Below, in pieces: positions 1 through 9,775 of a stretch of 55,381 nt of DNA (positions are counted from its first letter, which is position 1; every line of letters begins with the position of its first letter). The DNA is from Actinomycetales bacterium (GTDB taxonomy: Bacteria; Actinomycetota; Actinomycetes; Actinomycetales; CAVURS01). The notes beneath the pieces were generated by a model that was given only the letters and a program-made list of their open reading frames with translations, did not search any database and was not told the DNA's origin. The stretch lies in the NCBI GenBank assembly GCA_045807245.1, contig JBJMHS010000009.1, positions 1-55,381 of the forward strand, read 5' to 3'. A program made the position numbers and the translations under genes.

Positions 1-259
1 GGCCACGGCGTACGACGACGCGAACCGGCCGGAGCTGGCCGAGCGCGAGCGGGCCGAGCTCTTGGTGATCGAGGGGTACCTGCCGGCCCAGCTCTCCGAC
101 GAGGAGCTGTCCGCAATGGTCGCGGACGCGATCGCCGACACCGGTGCGGAGGGTCCGCGGGCCATGGGTCAGGTCATGAAGGTCGTGCAGCCCAAGGTCG
201 CCAAGCGCGCGGACGGCGGCCGGGTCTCGGCCGAGGTCAGGCGCCAGCTCGGGATGTAG
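1..259 (+). CDS. GatB/YqeY domain protein (5'-truncated by window edge)
   Basis: Frame open from position 2 (ATAYDDANRPELAERERAELLVIEGYLPAQLS...MGQVMKVVQPKVAKRADGGRVS), a typical YqeY C-terminus; usual neighbour of the PBP gene. Confidence 0.9.
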   Translation, partial: ATAYDDANRPELAERERAELLVIEGYLPAQLSDEELSAMVADAIADTGAEGPRAMGQVMKVVQPKVAKRADGGRVSAEVRRQLGM

Positions 260-268
260 CTGCCGCCG

Positions 269-2521
269 CTAGTGCTGCGGTGGACACTTCGGCGGTTTGC
301 AGGGTTTGCCGTTGCCGGGGCCACCCGTCGTGGGACTCCCGGTCGGCCCGCCCGTGGTCGGCTTGGGCTTGGGCTTCGGCGCGGAGCCGATGATCGAGAA
401 CGGCGGGCTGGTGAAGCTCTCCGGCGACAGGTTCAGCACGTCGTCCAGCTTCTGCGTGATCGCCGACCAGATGGGTCCGGCGATGGTCGCGCCGAAGATG
501 TTGCCGCCGTAGGACCGGTGCGCCTTGCCCGAGCCCAGCGACAGGTTGTGCATGCCGTTGGTCTCCTTGATCGGCTGGCCGACCCAGACGGCCGCCGTGA
601 TCTGTGGCGTGTAGCCGACGAACCAGCTCTGCTTGCTGTCGTTCGTCGTACCGGTCTTGCCCGCCGCGTCACGGCCGACGCTGGGGACACCACGCGCCGT
701 ACCGTTCGAGAGCACGCCCTGGAGGGCCTTGGTGACACCGTTCGCGATGTCCTTGCTCACGGCCCGGTGGCAGTCAGACCTCGGCACCGAGTACTTCTTG
801 CCCGTCGCGGCGCTGATCGCGGTGATGGCGACCGGCGCGCAGTACGTGCCCTCGGCCGCGAACGTGGCGTAGCCCGAGGCCATGGTCAGCGGTGAGATCA
901 GGTTGCTGCCCAAGGTGAGCGACGGGACCTCTTCGAGCTTCGTCGGCCCGTAGACGCCCGGCGAGGCCCGGTGCACGCCCATCGACTCCGCGGTCTCGGC
1001 GACGTTGCAGATGCCGACCTGCTCCTCGAGCTGCACGAATGCCGTGTTGACCGAGGCCGCAGTCGCCTTGAGCAGCGAGATCTTGCCGCTCTCGTTGCCC
1101 TCGGCGTTGGACGGGTCGTAGTACCCGCCGGCCTTGCCGACGTGAGCGCCGGAGCAGTCGCGGAACCCGTAGATCCGGGTGCGGTCGTGCGGAGCGACGA
1201 CCGTGTCGTTGAGCTTCATGCCGCTCTTCAGGGCCGCGGCCAGGGTGAATGCCTTGAACGACGAGCCGGTCTGGAACCCCTTGCTGTTGCCCAGGCCCTG
1301 GTCGGTGTTGAAGTTGACCTGGGTGTAGGGCCAGCGGCTCGCGGCCTTCCGGCTGGTGCCGGCGGGCGCCTTCCACATGGTGTTCTGCACCATCGCCAGG
1401 ATCTTGCCCGTCCCCGGCTCGACCACGCTCGACGCGGCACCGATGAGCCGCTTGTTACCTGGAGGCACAGCGCTGTCGACGACCTTCTGCGCCTGCACCT
1501 GCGCCTTGGGCTGCAGCGTGGTCCGCACGGTCAGGCCACCGCGCTGCAGGGTCGCGGCCCCGATGCCCTCGGTCTGGCTCAGCAGCCGGCGCACGTAGTC
1601 GCAGAAGTAGGGGTACCGCGAAGAGCTGCAGTCGTTGCCGAACCTGCCCTTGTGCAGGAGGACCTTGGAGGCGACGGCCGCCTGGTACTGCACGGGCGTG
1701 ATGTCCTTCAGGGCCAGCATGCGGGCGAGCACGACGTTGCGCCGGGCCGTACCCGCGCTCAGGTTGAGGTACGGGTCGTAGTGGCTGGGCGACTGCACCA
1801 GCCCGGCCAGCATCGCGGACTGCGGCAGGTTGAGCTGGATCGCGTGCACGCCGAAGTAGTGCAGGGCCGCGGCCTCGACGCCGTACGTGCCGGCGCCGAA
1901 GTAGGCGATGTTGAGGTAGCCCTGCAGGATCTCGTCCTTGGTCATCGTCTTCTCGAGACCGACCGCGTACTTCAGCTCCTGCAGCTTGCGGGCGTAGCCG
2001 CTCGTGCCGCCGCGGTCGGTCGCCGCCTTGATGGCCTCGACGTCGCCGTCGGCCTTGGCGTTCTCGACCAGGGTGTTCTTCACGTACTGCTGGGTGATGG
2101 TCGACGCGCCCTGGGTGCCGCCGCCCTTGGCGTTGTTGACGAAGGCCCGGGCCAGACCGTGCAGGTCGACGCCGCCGTGCTGGTAGAAGCGGTCGTCCTC
2201 GATCGCGACGATGGCCGTCTGCATGACCTTGGAGACCTTGGACAGCGGTACGACGACGCGGTTCTCGTCGTAGAAGGTGGCGATGACCGAGCCGTCGGCG
2301 GCCAGGATGCGCGACTGCTGCGCGAGTGGTGACTGCTTCAGCTCGGCGGGCAGCGAGTCGAACGCGTGCACCCCGCCTCGGGCGACAGCGCCGGCCGCGC
2401 CGACGGCCGGCATCAGGAGGCCGGCGCCGAGCAGACCGGCGACCAGGCTGGTGGCGAGCAATGCACCCAGAAGAGTGATGACCCCGCCCACACTTGTTGT
2501 CCGGCTTCCGGACGTCGTCAT
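269..2521 (-). CDS. Class A penicillin-binding protein (transglycosylase/transpeptidase, PonA2-like)
   Basis: GT51 motifs EDDRFYQHGGVD, GASTITQQYVKN, RKLQE; transpeptidase SSFK, SVN, KTGT; N-terminal TM; ATG 2521 preceded by GGGAG; Pro/Gly-rich tail. Confidence 0.93.
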   Translation of the reverse strand: MTTSGSRTTSVGGVITLLGALLATSLVAGLLGAGLLMPAVGAAGAVARGGVHAFDSLPAELKQSPLAQQSRILAADGSVIATFYDENRVVVPLSKVSKVMQTAIVAIEDDRFYQHGGVDLHGLARAFVNNAKGGGTQGASTITQQYVKNTLVENAKADGDVEAIKAATDRGGTSGYARKLQELKYAVGLEKTMTKDEILQGYLNIAYFGAGTYGVEAAALHYFGVHAIQLNLPQSAMLAGLVQSPSHYDPYLNLSAGTARRNVVLARMLALKDITPVQYQAAVASKVLLHKGRFGNDCSSSRYPYFCDYVRRLLSQTEGIGAATLQRGGLTVRTTLQPKAQVQAQKVVDSAVPPGNKRLIGAASSVVEPGTGKILAMVQNTMWKAPAGTSRKAASRWPYTQVNFNTDQGLGNSKGFQTGSSFKAFTLAAALKSGMKLNDTVVAPHDRTRIYGFRDCSGAHVGKAGGYYDPSNAEGNESGKISLLKATAASVNTAFVQLEEQVGICNVAETAESMGVHRASPGVYGPTKLEEVPSLTLGSNLISPLTMASGYATFAAEGTYCAPVAITAISAATGKKYSVPRSDCHRAVSKDIANGVTKALQGVLSNGTARGVPSVGRDAAGKTGTTNDSKQSWFVGYTPQITAAVWVGQPIKETNGMHNLSLGSGKAHRSYGGNIFGATIAGPIWSAITQKLDDVLNLSPESFTSPPFSIIGSAPKPKPKPTTGGPTGSPTTGGPGNGKPCKPPKCPPQH

Positions 2522-2916
2522 GCTGCTCCCGCCAACCTTGCCGACCCGACTAGTCACTCCTGCGCCCGCCCAGGGTAACGGCCAATCCTGGGGGAGCCCG
2601 GCAGCGAACAGTGGGCGATAGGCCTGTGAGGCGGGCGTATCAGGCCGCACGGGGGTGGCTCTTCGCAGTACGTGCCGCCACCCCCGGCGGTCCGTGAAGG
2701 GTCTGTGAAGGTTTGCCGGCCCGGGCCGTCGTGGCCGTTCGGTGGGCCGTTCGTGGGTCACTGACTAGTCACTCGCGGTCGGGAAGATGGCCCGCCTGGG
2801 TTCTACCGAGCGAAGCCGTCGAGTACGTAACGTCAACATCACTGTTCGGGGGAACGGTTCGTCGGTGTGACCAAGTGCCGGTCACGGACCGCGGGGAACA
2901 TTCAGGAAGAGACAAC

Positions 2917-3255
2917 ATGTCTGAGCAGACGCAATCCGTGGTGGCTGCGCGGGGGACCGAGGGTTTCGGGGTCGACTGGGCCAGCCGCGGCGCATGCCGT
3001 ACGTCGGACCCCGACGCGCTCTTCGTTCAGGGGGCTGAGCAGAACCGGGCCAAGCAGGTCTGCATGTCCTGCATCGTCCGCACCGAGTGCCTGGCCGACG
3101 CCCTGGACAACCGGGTCGAGTTCGGCGTGTGGGGCGGCATGACCGAGCGGGAGCGCCGTGCCCTGCTCAAGCGCCGGCCGAACGTCCGCTCGTGGCGCCG
3201 CCTGCTCGAGGCGGCCCGGGCCGAGCACGAGCTCAAGGCCATCATCGCCGGCTGA
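2917..3255 (+). CDS. whiB4: WhiB-family Fe-S transcription regulator (WhiB4/WblA)
   Basis: Four Cys (GAC...VCMSC...EC), DPDALFVQGAEQNRAK and EFGVWGGMTERERR; divergent from the PBP gene as in the whiB4/wblA locus. Confidence 0.93.
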   Translation: MSEQTQSVVAARGTEGFGVDWASRGACRTSDPDALFVQGAEQNRAKQVCMSCIVRTECLADALDNRVEFGVWGGMTERERRALLKRRPNVRSWRRLLEAARAEHELKAIIAG

Positions 3256-3278
3256 GCCGGTCCGCCTCGACCTGTCGG

Positions 3279-4496
3279 TCAACCGGCGAGGTCGCGCCCG
3301 ACGGCGCGCAGGCCGGCCAGGTCGTGCACGTCGCCGTGCTGAGCCCTGACGGTCACCGTCGGCACCCGGGGGTGCGCCCCGCGGAACCGCGCCGCGAGTG
3401 AGGTCTCCCGCTCGGCGATCCTGACGCGCTCGGCATGCAGCCGCAGCAACCGCGCGGTCAGGTCGTGACCGCCGTGCTCATCGAGAGTCTCCGCCGCCGC
3501 GACACTGCGTTCCGCCGACAGCGTCGCCGGCCCGGCGTCGTGCACGCGGTTGACGACCAGCCCCGCCAGCGGCATCCCCTCAGCGGCCAGCCGCTCGACG
3601 AAGTACGACGCCTCGCGCAACGCGTCCCGCTCCGGCGCTGCGACGACGACGAACGCCGTTCCCGGCGCCTTGAGCAGCCGGTAGGTCGCGTCGGCGCGCT
3701 CCCGGAACCCGCCGAACATCGTGTCGAGCGCGGCGACGAACTGCTGTACGTCGGTCAGGACCTGGGCGCCGAGGACCTTGCTGAGGGCACCGGTCACCGC
3801 GCCCACGCCGGCGCTCACGATCCGCAGGTACGCGCGCCCGCCCGCCCGGGCCGGCGCCGCAAGCAGCTTGATGAGACGACCGTCGAGGAACGACCCGAGC
3901 CGTTGCGGTGCGTCCAGGAAGTCCAGGGCGGACCGGGACGGCGGAGTGTCGACGACGATGAGGTCCCACCCGCCCCCGGACGCGGCATCGCTCTGGGCGC
4001 GCAGCTGCCCGAGCTTCTCCATGGCCATGTACTCCTGCGTGCCCGCGAACGAGCTGGACAGGGCTTGGTAGAAGGGGTTGGCCAGGATCTGCGCGGCCTT
4101 CTCCGGCGGGGCGTGCGACTCGACGATCTCGTCGAACGTCCGCTTCATGTCGAGCATCATGGCGTCGAGCCGTCCACCCGCGGCCGAGTCGACGCCGCGC
4201 ACCGTGCGCGGGTTGTTGTCCAGCTGGGTCAGCCCCATCGACTGGGCCAGCCGCCGGGCGGGGTCGATGGTGAGCACCACGACGGTCCGGCCTCGCTCGG
4301 CGGCACGCAGGGCCAAGGCGGCCGCCGTCGTCGTCTTGCCGACGCCGCCCGACCCGCAACACACGACGATCCGCGTCGCGCGGTCCGCGACCAAGGCCTC
4401 GAGATCGAGGCGCGGTGACTCGCGTCGCGGCGAGTCGCGTCGCGCGGCCGTGCTCGTCGGCCGCGGGCTGCCCGCGCGCCGGGCGTCCGGGCTCAT
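3279..4496 (-). CDS. ArsA/Get3-like anion-transporting ATPase (Rv3680-like)
   Basis: [11 protein letters not shown]alker [19 protein letters not shown] overlaps the upstream gene stop (ATGA). Confidence 0.9.
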   Translation of the reverse strand: MSPDARRAGSPRPTSTAARRDSPRRESPRLDLEALVADRATRIVVCCGSGGVGKTTTAAALALRAAERGRTVVVLTIDPARRLAQSMGLTQLDNNPRTVRGVDSAAGGRLDAMMLDMKRTFDEIVESHAPPEKAAQILANPFYQALSSSFAGTQEYMAMEKLGQLRAQSDAASGGGWDLIVVDTPPSRSALDFLDAPQRLGSFLDGRLIKLLAAPARAGGRAYLRIVSAGVGAVTGALSKVLGAQVLTDVQQFVAALDTMFGGFRERADATYRLLKAPGTAFVVVAAPERDALREASYFVERLAAEGMPLAGLVVNRVHDAGPATLSAERSVAAAETLDEHGGHDLTARLLRLHAERVRIAERETSLAARFRGAHPRVPTVTVRAQHGDVHDLAGLRAVGRDLAG

Positions 4497-5512
4497 GCCA
4501 TCCCCTGCCGGCACAACGAGTCCGCGAGCTCGTAGAGGCCGCCGAGGTCGATCCCTCCGACCAGGGCGGGCAGCTCGTAGACCGGCCGTCCCGTGTCCTT
4601 GATGGTGACGCGCTCGCGCTTCTCCAGCGCGACGCGGGCGCCGTGTTCGGCGGCCTCGGCCAGCAGCCCGTCGACCACCCCCGTGCCGTCCGGGAGACCG
4701 GCCGCGGCCAGGCCGGCCGCGACGACGCCCCGGTCGAGCCGCCCGGCGGCTGCGGCGGTCAGCTCGCGCGCCCGCAGGACTGGTTCGCGCACCGCGTTGA
4801 CGACGATGCCCCCGATCGGGAGCCGGTGCTCGGCGAGGTCGTGCAGGGCGTCGAGCGTCTCCTGTACCGGCATCTCCTCGAGCAGGGTCACGACGTGGAC
4901 GACAGTCTGCGGTGAGTGCAGGAGCCGGGTGATCGAGTCGGCCTGGTTGCGGATCGGCCCGACCCTGGCCAGTCCGGCGACCTCCGCGTTGACGTCGAGG
5001 AAATGCGCGATGCGTCCGGTCGGCGGCGCGTCCAGGACGACCGCGTCATAGACCGGTCGGTCGCTCGTTGCCCCGCGCGAGCCCGACCTGGCGCCCACCT
5101 TGCGCCGTACTGCTTCGTAGACCTTGCCGATAAGCAGGACGTCACGGACGCCGGGCGCGATCGTCGTCGCGAAGTCGACGGCACCGAAACGCTCGAGCAG
5201 GTTGCCGGCGCGGCCGAGCTTGTAGAACAGCTGCAGGTACTCGAGCAGGGCGGCCTTCGGGTCGACCGCGAGCCCGGCCACCTCACCGCCCCCGCGGCCC
5301 ACCGCGACCTTGCGCTCGACGTACCCCAGGGGCGGCACGTCGAAAAGCTGCGCGATCCCCTGGCGGCCCTCGACCTCGGCGAGCAGCACCCGCTGCCCCT
5401 CGCTGGCCAGCGCCAGGGCGAGCGCTGCCGCGACCGTCGTCTTGCCGGTGCCTCCCTTGCCGGTGACGACGTGGAGGCGCACGCCCTCCCAGTCGCGGTC
5501 GGGCGCAGGCAC
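4493..5512 (-). CDS. ArsA/Get3-like ATPase (Rv3679-like)
   Basis: [36 protein letters not shown] -10-like hexamer 6 nt before GTG. Confidence 0.9.
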   Translation of the reverse strand: MPAPDRDWEGVRLHVVTGKGGTGKTTVAAALALALASEGQRVLLAEVEGRQGIAQLFDVPPLGYVERKVAVGRGGGEVAGLAVDPKAALLEYLQLFYKLGRAGNLLERFGAVDFATTIAPGVRDVLLIGKVYEAVRRKVGARSGSRGATSDRPVYDAVVLDAPPTGRIAHFLDVNAEVAGLARVGPIRNQADSITRLLHSPQTVVHVVTLLEEMPVQETLDALHDLAEHRLPIGGIVVNAVREPVLRARELTAAAAGRLDRGVVAAGLAAAGLPDGTGVVDGLLAEAAEHGARVALEKRERVTIKDTGRPVYELPALVGGIDLGGLYELADSLCRQGMA

Positions 5513-5552
5513 CTGCCAAGGCTAGTTGGGGTCGACCTGGTCCGCCTGAGCA

Positions 5553-5629
5553 GTGCCGACGGACAGGCGAAATGACGCGTGTGGCCCTCCAGCTCGACAG
5601 AAAGGGCGGTCGCGCCTGTCCGCCGGCGC
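5553..5629. repeat. Palindromic intergenic repeat, copy 1
   Basis: Arms CGGACAGGCG (5560-5569) / CGCCTGTCCG (5613-5622); left end GTGCCGACGGACAGGC matches 41892-41907 at 15/16. Confidence 0.6.
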
Positions 5630-5639
5630 GCTGCTCGGC

Positions 5640-6461
5640 TCAGGACGCCGCGGCGACGAGCCCGGCGACGGAGGTGCGAACGGCGGACCAGGCCGGGCTC
5701 AGCGGGTCGACGGGGCCGAAGTGCTCGATGCCGGGGAGCTCGACCAGCCGGACCGCCGCCCCTGCCGCGCGGGCATATGCGGCGTACCGGCGGCTCAGCT
5801 CGACCGGCACGATCCGGTCCTCCACGCCGTGGACCAGCACGACCGGCACCCGTGGCGGAGGGAGCTGCATAGGGTCGGCAGCGGCGTAGCGCTCGGGCAC
5901 GTCCGCCGAACGCCCGCCGAGCAATGTGGCCACAGCGCCGTCATCGCCGTCCCGGTCGAGCGCGAGCTGGTCGGCCCGGACCAGGTCGCACACCCCGCCG
6001 AGGCTCACCACGCCAGCCAGGCGCGGGACCGCGGCCTGCGAGGCGGCCCACAGCGCGAGGTGACCGCCCGCGCTGTGGCCCACCAGCACCGTCGGGCCCG
6101 GCGCCCGGTCACCGAGGAGCCGCGGCACGGTCTCGACCGCCGCCCGGACGTCCTCAGCGGTCGCGGGCCAGCCACCGCCCACACCGGTCCGGCGGTACTC
6201 GACCGCCGCCACGGCGTAGCCGTCGTCGCGCAGTGCGACCGACATCGGCGCAGCGACCGAGCGGCCGTAGCCGGCTCGCCAGAACCCGCCGTGGATCACG
6301 ACCACGAGCGGCAGCGACGCCGATGCCACCGCGGCGTCGGGCAGCCAGACGTCGGCGACATGGTCCGGCCCCTCGCCGTACCGCACGGTCGTCGTCGGCG
6401 CGGGTGCCGTCCGCGACAGCACCTCGCGCGGGTCCCCGGCGCCATCCCGTCCCCCGCCCAT
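5640..6461 (-). CDS. Alpha/beta hydrolase (esterase/lipase-like)
   Basis: HGGFW oxyanion motif, GHSAGG nucleophile elbow, HGVEDRIVP, EHF. Confidence 0.85.
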   Translation of the reverse strand: MGGGRDGAGDPREVLSRTAPAPTTTVRYGEGPDHVADVWLPDAAVASASLPLVVVIHGGFWRAGYGRSVAAPMSVALRDDGYAVAAVEYRRTGVGGGWPATAEDVRAAVETVPRLLGDRAPGPTVLVGHSAGGHLALWAASQAAVPRLAGVVSLGGVCDLVRADQLALDRDGDDGAVATLLGGRSADVPERYAAADPMQLPPPRVPVVLVHGVEDRIVPVELSRRYAAYARAAGAAVRLVELPGIEHFGPVDPLSPAWSAVRTSVAGLVAAAS

Positions 6462-6516
6462 AGCTCGCCCACCGTACGACCGAGGGTGCCGAGAGCCCGG
6501 CGATACAGTTCGCGCC

Positions 6517-6681
6517 ATGCCGGACAACGTCAAGTGGGAGTACGCCACCGTCCCTCTCATCGTGCACGCGACCAAGCAGATCCTCGACCAGTGGGGCGAG
6601 GACGGGTGGGAGCTCGTGCAGGTGGTGCCCGGCCCGGACGGCTCGGGCCTGGTCGCCTACCTCAAGCGGGCGACGTCGTGA
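6517..6681 (+). CDS. DUF4177 small protein (54 aa; absent from the ORF track)
   Basis: Manual translation MPDNVKWEYATVPLIVHATKQILDQWGEDGWELVQVVPGPDGSGLVAYLKRATS; GTGA overlap with the RidA gene; TACAGT 7 nt upstream. Confidence 0.88.
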   Translation: MPDNVKWEYATVPLIVHATKQILDQWGEDGWELVQVVPGPDGSGLVAYLKRATS

Positions 6682-7148
6682 GCGCCGTCGAGGACCGGCT
6701 GGCCGAGCTCGGGCTGTCGGTGCCGGACGTCGTGCCGCCGGTCGCGGCCTACGTCCCGGCCGTGCGCGGCGGGCCCTTCGTGTACACCTCCGGCCAGCTG
6801 CCCATGGTATCCGGGACGCTCGCGGCGACCGGCAAGGTCGGCACCGGCCCGGGCGACGTGTCACCGGACGACGCCAAGGGCCACGCCCGGACGTGCGCCC
6901 TGAACGCGATCGCTGCCGTGAAGTCGCTCGTCGGTGACCTCGACCAGGTCGTGCGCGTGGTCAAGGTCGTGGGATTCGTTGCGTCGCAACCGGACTTCAC
7001 CGGTCAACCGGCAGTGGTGAACGGTGCGAGCGAGCTGTTGGGCCAGGCCTTCGGCGATGCCGGGGTTCACGCCCGCAGCGCAGTCGGTGTCGCTGTCCTG
7101 CCGCTCGATGCGCCGGTCGAGGTCGAGATCATCGTCGAAGTTCGCTGA
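6678..7148 (+). CDS. RidA/YjgF family protein
   Basis: VPPVAAYVPA, TSGQLP, VVKVVGFVAS, HARSAVGVAVLPLDAPVEVE. Confidence 0.92.
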   Translation: MSAVEDRLAELGLSVPDVVPPVAAYVPAVRGGPFVYTSGQLPMVSGTLAATGKVGTGPGDVSPDDAKGHARTCALNAIAAVKSLVGDLDQVVRVVKVVGFVASQPDFTGQPAVVNGASELLGQAFGDAGVHARSAVGVAVLPLDAPVEVEIIVEVR

Positions 7149-7815
7149 GCCCCGGTCGTTCCGGCTGACCCGCCCCCGCGCGCTCGGACTGGTTGAGCGC
7201 GCTGCGCAGCGCCTGCCGGAACGCCCAGGTCGCCAGGTCGACGTACCGGCGTGGGTCGCCGGCCCCGTTGGTCCTCGCGATGTCGACGAGCTCACGGCTC
7301 ACCCGTTCCGCGCCGCCGGCCGCCGCCACGCCGACCTCGGCGAGGACGTGCATCCTGATGCCGTCGGCGAGCAGGTCGTTGGCCCGGGCCATCAACCCGG
7401 CGTCGACGAGGTACCGCCCCTGGCCGTCGCGCTCGATCACGCCGAGCTGGACCAGCCGGTCGGCCGCGCCGGGTCGCTGGCGGGCCAACGTCCGGACGGT
7501 CTGGCCCATCAGCGCCCCGAGCCGCCCGCTGGAGCTGCCCTTGATCTCGGTCGGCCGGCTGAGCAGCAACTCCGCGGCGAGCTCGCCGGCCGCATCACCC
7601 CGCAGCGCCGCCGCGACCTCCTTCAGGGTGAACCCGCGTGCGACCAGCGCGCGGGCCCGCCGCAGCTGGGCCAGATGCTCCGGGCCGTAGACCCCGCGGC
7701 GTCCGTGCCGCCTGGGCGGGTCGACCAGCCCGCGTTCGCGGTAGGCGCGCACGTTGCGCGCCGTCATCCCTGCCGCTGCCGCCAGCTGCGCAAGCGTGTA
7801 CTCCGACGTGACCAT
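7129..7815 (-). CDS. MerR-family transcriptional regulator
   Basis: YTLAQLAAAAGMTARNVRAYRERGLVDPP...YGPEHLAQL MerR HTH; start uncertain; 3' end overlaps the RidA gene by 20 bp. Confidence 0.8.
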   Translation of the reverse strand: MVTSEYTLAQLAAAAGMTARNVRAYRERGLVDPPRRHGRRGVYGPEHLAQLRRARALVARGFTLKEVAAALRGDAAGELAAELLLSRPTEIKGSSSGRLGALMGQTVRTLARQRPGAADRLVQLGVIERDGQGRYLVDAGLMARANDLLADGIRMHVLAEVGVAAAGGAERVSRELVDIARTNGAGDPRRYVDLATWAFRQALRSALNQSERAGAGQPERPGLSELRR

Positions 7816-8016
7816 CCCGCGATCCCCCTGCACATCCCCTGTGTCGACCCCCGTATCGACCCCCTGCGTCGACGCGGTGTCGGCCCCCCGACGGCCAGAT
7901 GGTCGCACGGCACCCCGGCCCCGACCTAGCCCCCCGCTGACCGGCCGGTCAGTTTCACCCGGCCGTACGCCGGCCGTGACCCTGAGCAGTCCAGTCCTCA
8001 CCCCTACGATCGGCCC

Positions 8017-8940
8017 GTGGCGCTGCACGAGTACCTCGTCGAGGACGACGAGCAGGAGCAGCTGCTGGCCTGGCTGGACGGCAGCCGGGCCGAGCCGGTG
8101 GCCGCCCGGGGCGCGGCGACGGTCCTGCTGCTGCGCGAAGGTCCCGGCGGGGACGGCGACATCCAGGTCTTCCTGCTGCGCCGGCGAGCCAGCATGGCCT
8201 TCGCCCCGCTCATGCATGCGTTCCCGGGCGGTGGCGTGGACCCGCGCGACAGTGACACCGAGCTGCCGTGGATCGGACCGACGCCGGCCGAGTGGGGCAT
8301 CGAGCTGCGTTGCCCGGCCGAGCAGGCCGCGGCCCTGGTCTGCGCGGCCGCCCGCGAGCTGTTCGAGGAGTGCGGTGTCCTGCTCGCCGGTGACGCCGCC
8401 GGCGAGGTCGTCATGGACGTCACCGGCGAGGAGTGGGAGCGCGACCGCCAGGCCCTGCTGGACCGGAGCGTGGCGATGTCGGAGCTGTTGGTACGGCGTC
8501 AGCTGTCGTTGCGCTCGGACCTGTTGCGCGGGTGGGCGCACTGGACGACTCCGGAGTTCGAGCCTCGGCGGTTCGACACCTGGTTCTTCGTGGCGGCCCT
8601 GCCGGCCGGACAGCAGGCCCGGGATGTCGGCGGGGAGGCGGACCGGGTGCAGTGGCTCGGCGTCGACCAGCTGGTCGAGGGCTACCAGGCCGGGCGGCTC
8701 GAGATGTACCCACCCACCGTCGCCACCGTCGCCGACGTGGCCGCCGCCGTGCGCGACCGGCCGGCCGGCGTCTCCGGGGTCGAGGCCGCGCTCGCGTCGC
8801 CCCGCCGGGTCCGTCGCGTCATGCCGTGGCTCGGCCGCACACCGGACGGAGCGGTCGTGATGCAGGTGGACCTCGACGGCCGGGGCGGCGGGCGCCCGGG
8901 CCCGGACGACCAGCGTTCCTCCCTGGAGGGCCTGCCGTGA
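8017..8940 (+). CDS. NUDIX hydrolase
   Basis: AATVLLLR, FPGGGVDPRD, AARELFEECGVLL, WTTPEFEPRRFDTWFF; TACGAT 6 nt before GTG. Confidence 0.88.
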   Translation: MALHEYLVEDDEQEQLLAWLDGSRAEPVAARGAATVLLLREGPGGDGDIQVFLLRRRASMAFAPLMHAFPGGGVDPRDSDTELPWIGPTPAEWGIELRCPAEQAAALVCAAARELFEECGVLLAGDAAGEVVMDVTGEEWERDRQALLDRSVAMSELLVRRQLSLRSDLLRGWAHWTTPEFEPRRFDTWFFVAALPAGQQARDVGGEADRVQWLGVDQLVEGYQAGRLEMYPPTVATVADVAAAVRDRPAGVSGVEAALASPRRVRRVMPWLGRTPDGAVVMQVDLDGRGGGRPGPDDQRSSLEGLP

Positions 8941-8950
8941 CGGGCTCCCG

Positions 8951-9775
8951 ATGAGCGGCGGCGGTGGCTCCGTCGTCGGGCCGGGCGCCTGGCTGGGCGG
9001 CGCCGCGGGCGAGCGGGCGTTCTGCCTGCTCGCTCCCAACCCCGGGCCGATGACTCTGGAGGGCACCAACACCTGGGTCCTGCGCGAGCCCGGCGCCGAC
9101 GTCGCCCTCGTGGTCGACCCGGGTCCGGACGACGAGGGTCACCTGGCCCGGGTGCTCGCCGCCGTCCGGGCGGCCGGCGCCCACGTGTCCGAGGTGCTGC
9201 TGACGCACGGCCATCTCGACCACAGCGAGGGTGCGGTGCGGTTCGCCGGCCTGTGCGGACCCCGAGTCGGAGTGCGAGCGCTGGACCCGGCGTACCGGCT
9301 GGGGTCGGAGGGTCTCGGTGAAGGTGACGTCGTGACCGCGGGCGGGCTGGAGGTGCGGGTGGTCGGCACCCCGGGGCACACGTCCGACTCCTTGTCCTTC
9401 CTGCTCCCCGCGGACGGCTCCGTGCTGACCGGTGACACGGTGCTCGGCCGAGGCACGACAGTGGTCGCGCATCCCGACGGCCGGCTCGCGGCGTACCTGC
9501 AGTCCCTCGATCGGCTGCACGACCTGGCGGTCGCGGGCGCGGTGGCCTCCATCCTGCCGGGGCACGGCCCGGTGCTGCCCGACGCCCGCTCGGTCATCGA
9601 GGGCTACCAGGCCCATCGGGCCGAGCGCCTGGCTCAGGTCCGGGCCGCTGTCGCGGCCGGTGCGCGCACACCGCGCGAGGTGGTGGAGCGGGTGTACGTC
9701 GACGTCGACCGGGCGTTGTGGCCCGCGGCCGAGCTGAGCGTGCGGGCCCAGCTCGACTACCTCGGCGTGCGCTAG
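8951..9775 (+). CDS. MBL-fold metallo-hydrolase
   Basis: APNPGPMTLEGTNTW, THGHLDH, PGHT, TGD, PGHG. Confidence 0.92.
   Translation: MSGGGGSVVGPGAWLGGAAGERAFCLLAPNPGPMTLEGTNTWVLREPGADVALVVDPGPDDEGHLARVLAAVRAAGAHVSEVLLTHGHLDHSEGAVRFAGLCGPRVGVRALDPAYRLGSEGLGEGDVVTAGGLEVRVVGTPGHTSDSLSFLLPADGSVLTGDTVLGRGTTVVAHPDGRLAAYLQSLDRLHDLAVAGAVASILPGHGPVLPDARSVIEGYQAHRAERLAQVRAAVAAGARTPREVVERVYVDVDRALWPAAELSVRAQLDYLGVR

Noticed and set aside
2866..2886. CRP site upstream of whiB4
   Set aside because: TGTGA and TCACG are 11 bp apart rather than the required 6
5553..7148. 531-aa ORF as an extended RidA
   Set aside because: RidA begins at GTG 6678; the upstream part overlaps the antisense hydrolase and DUF4177
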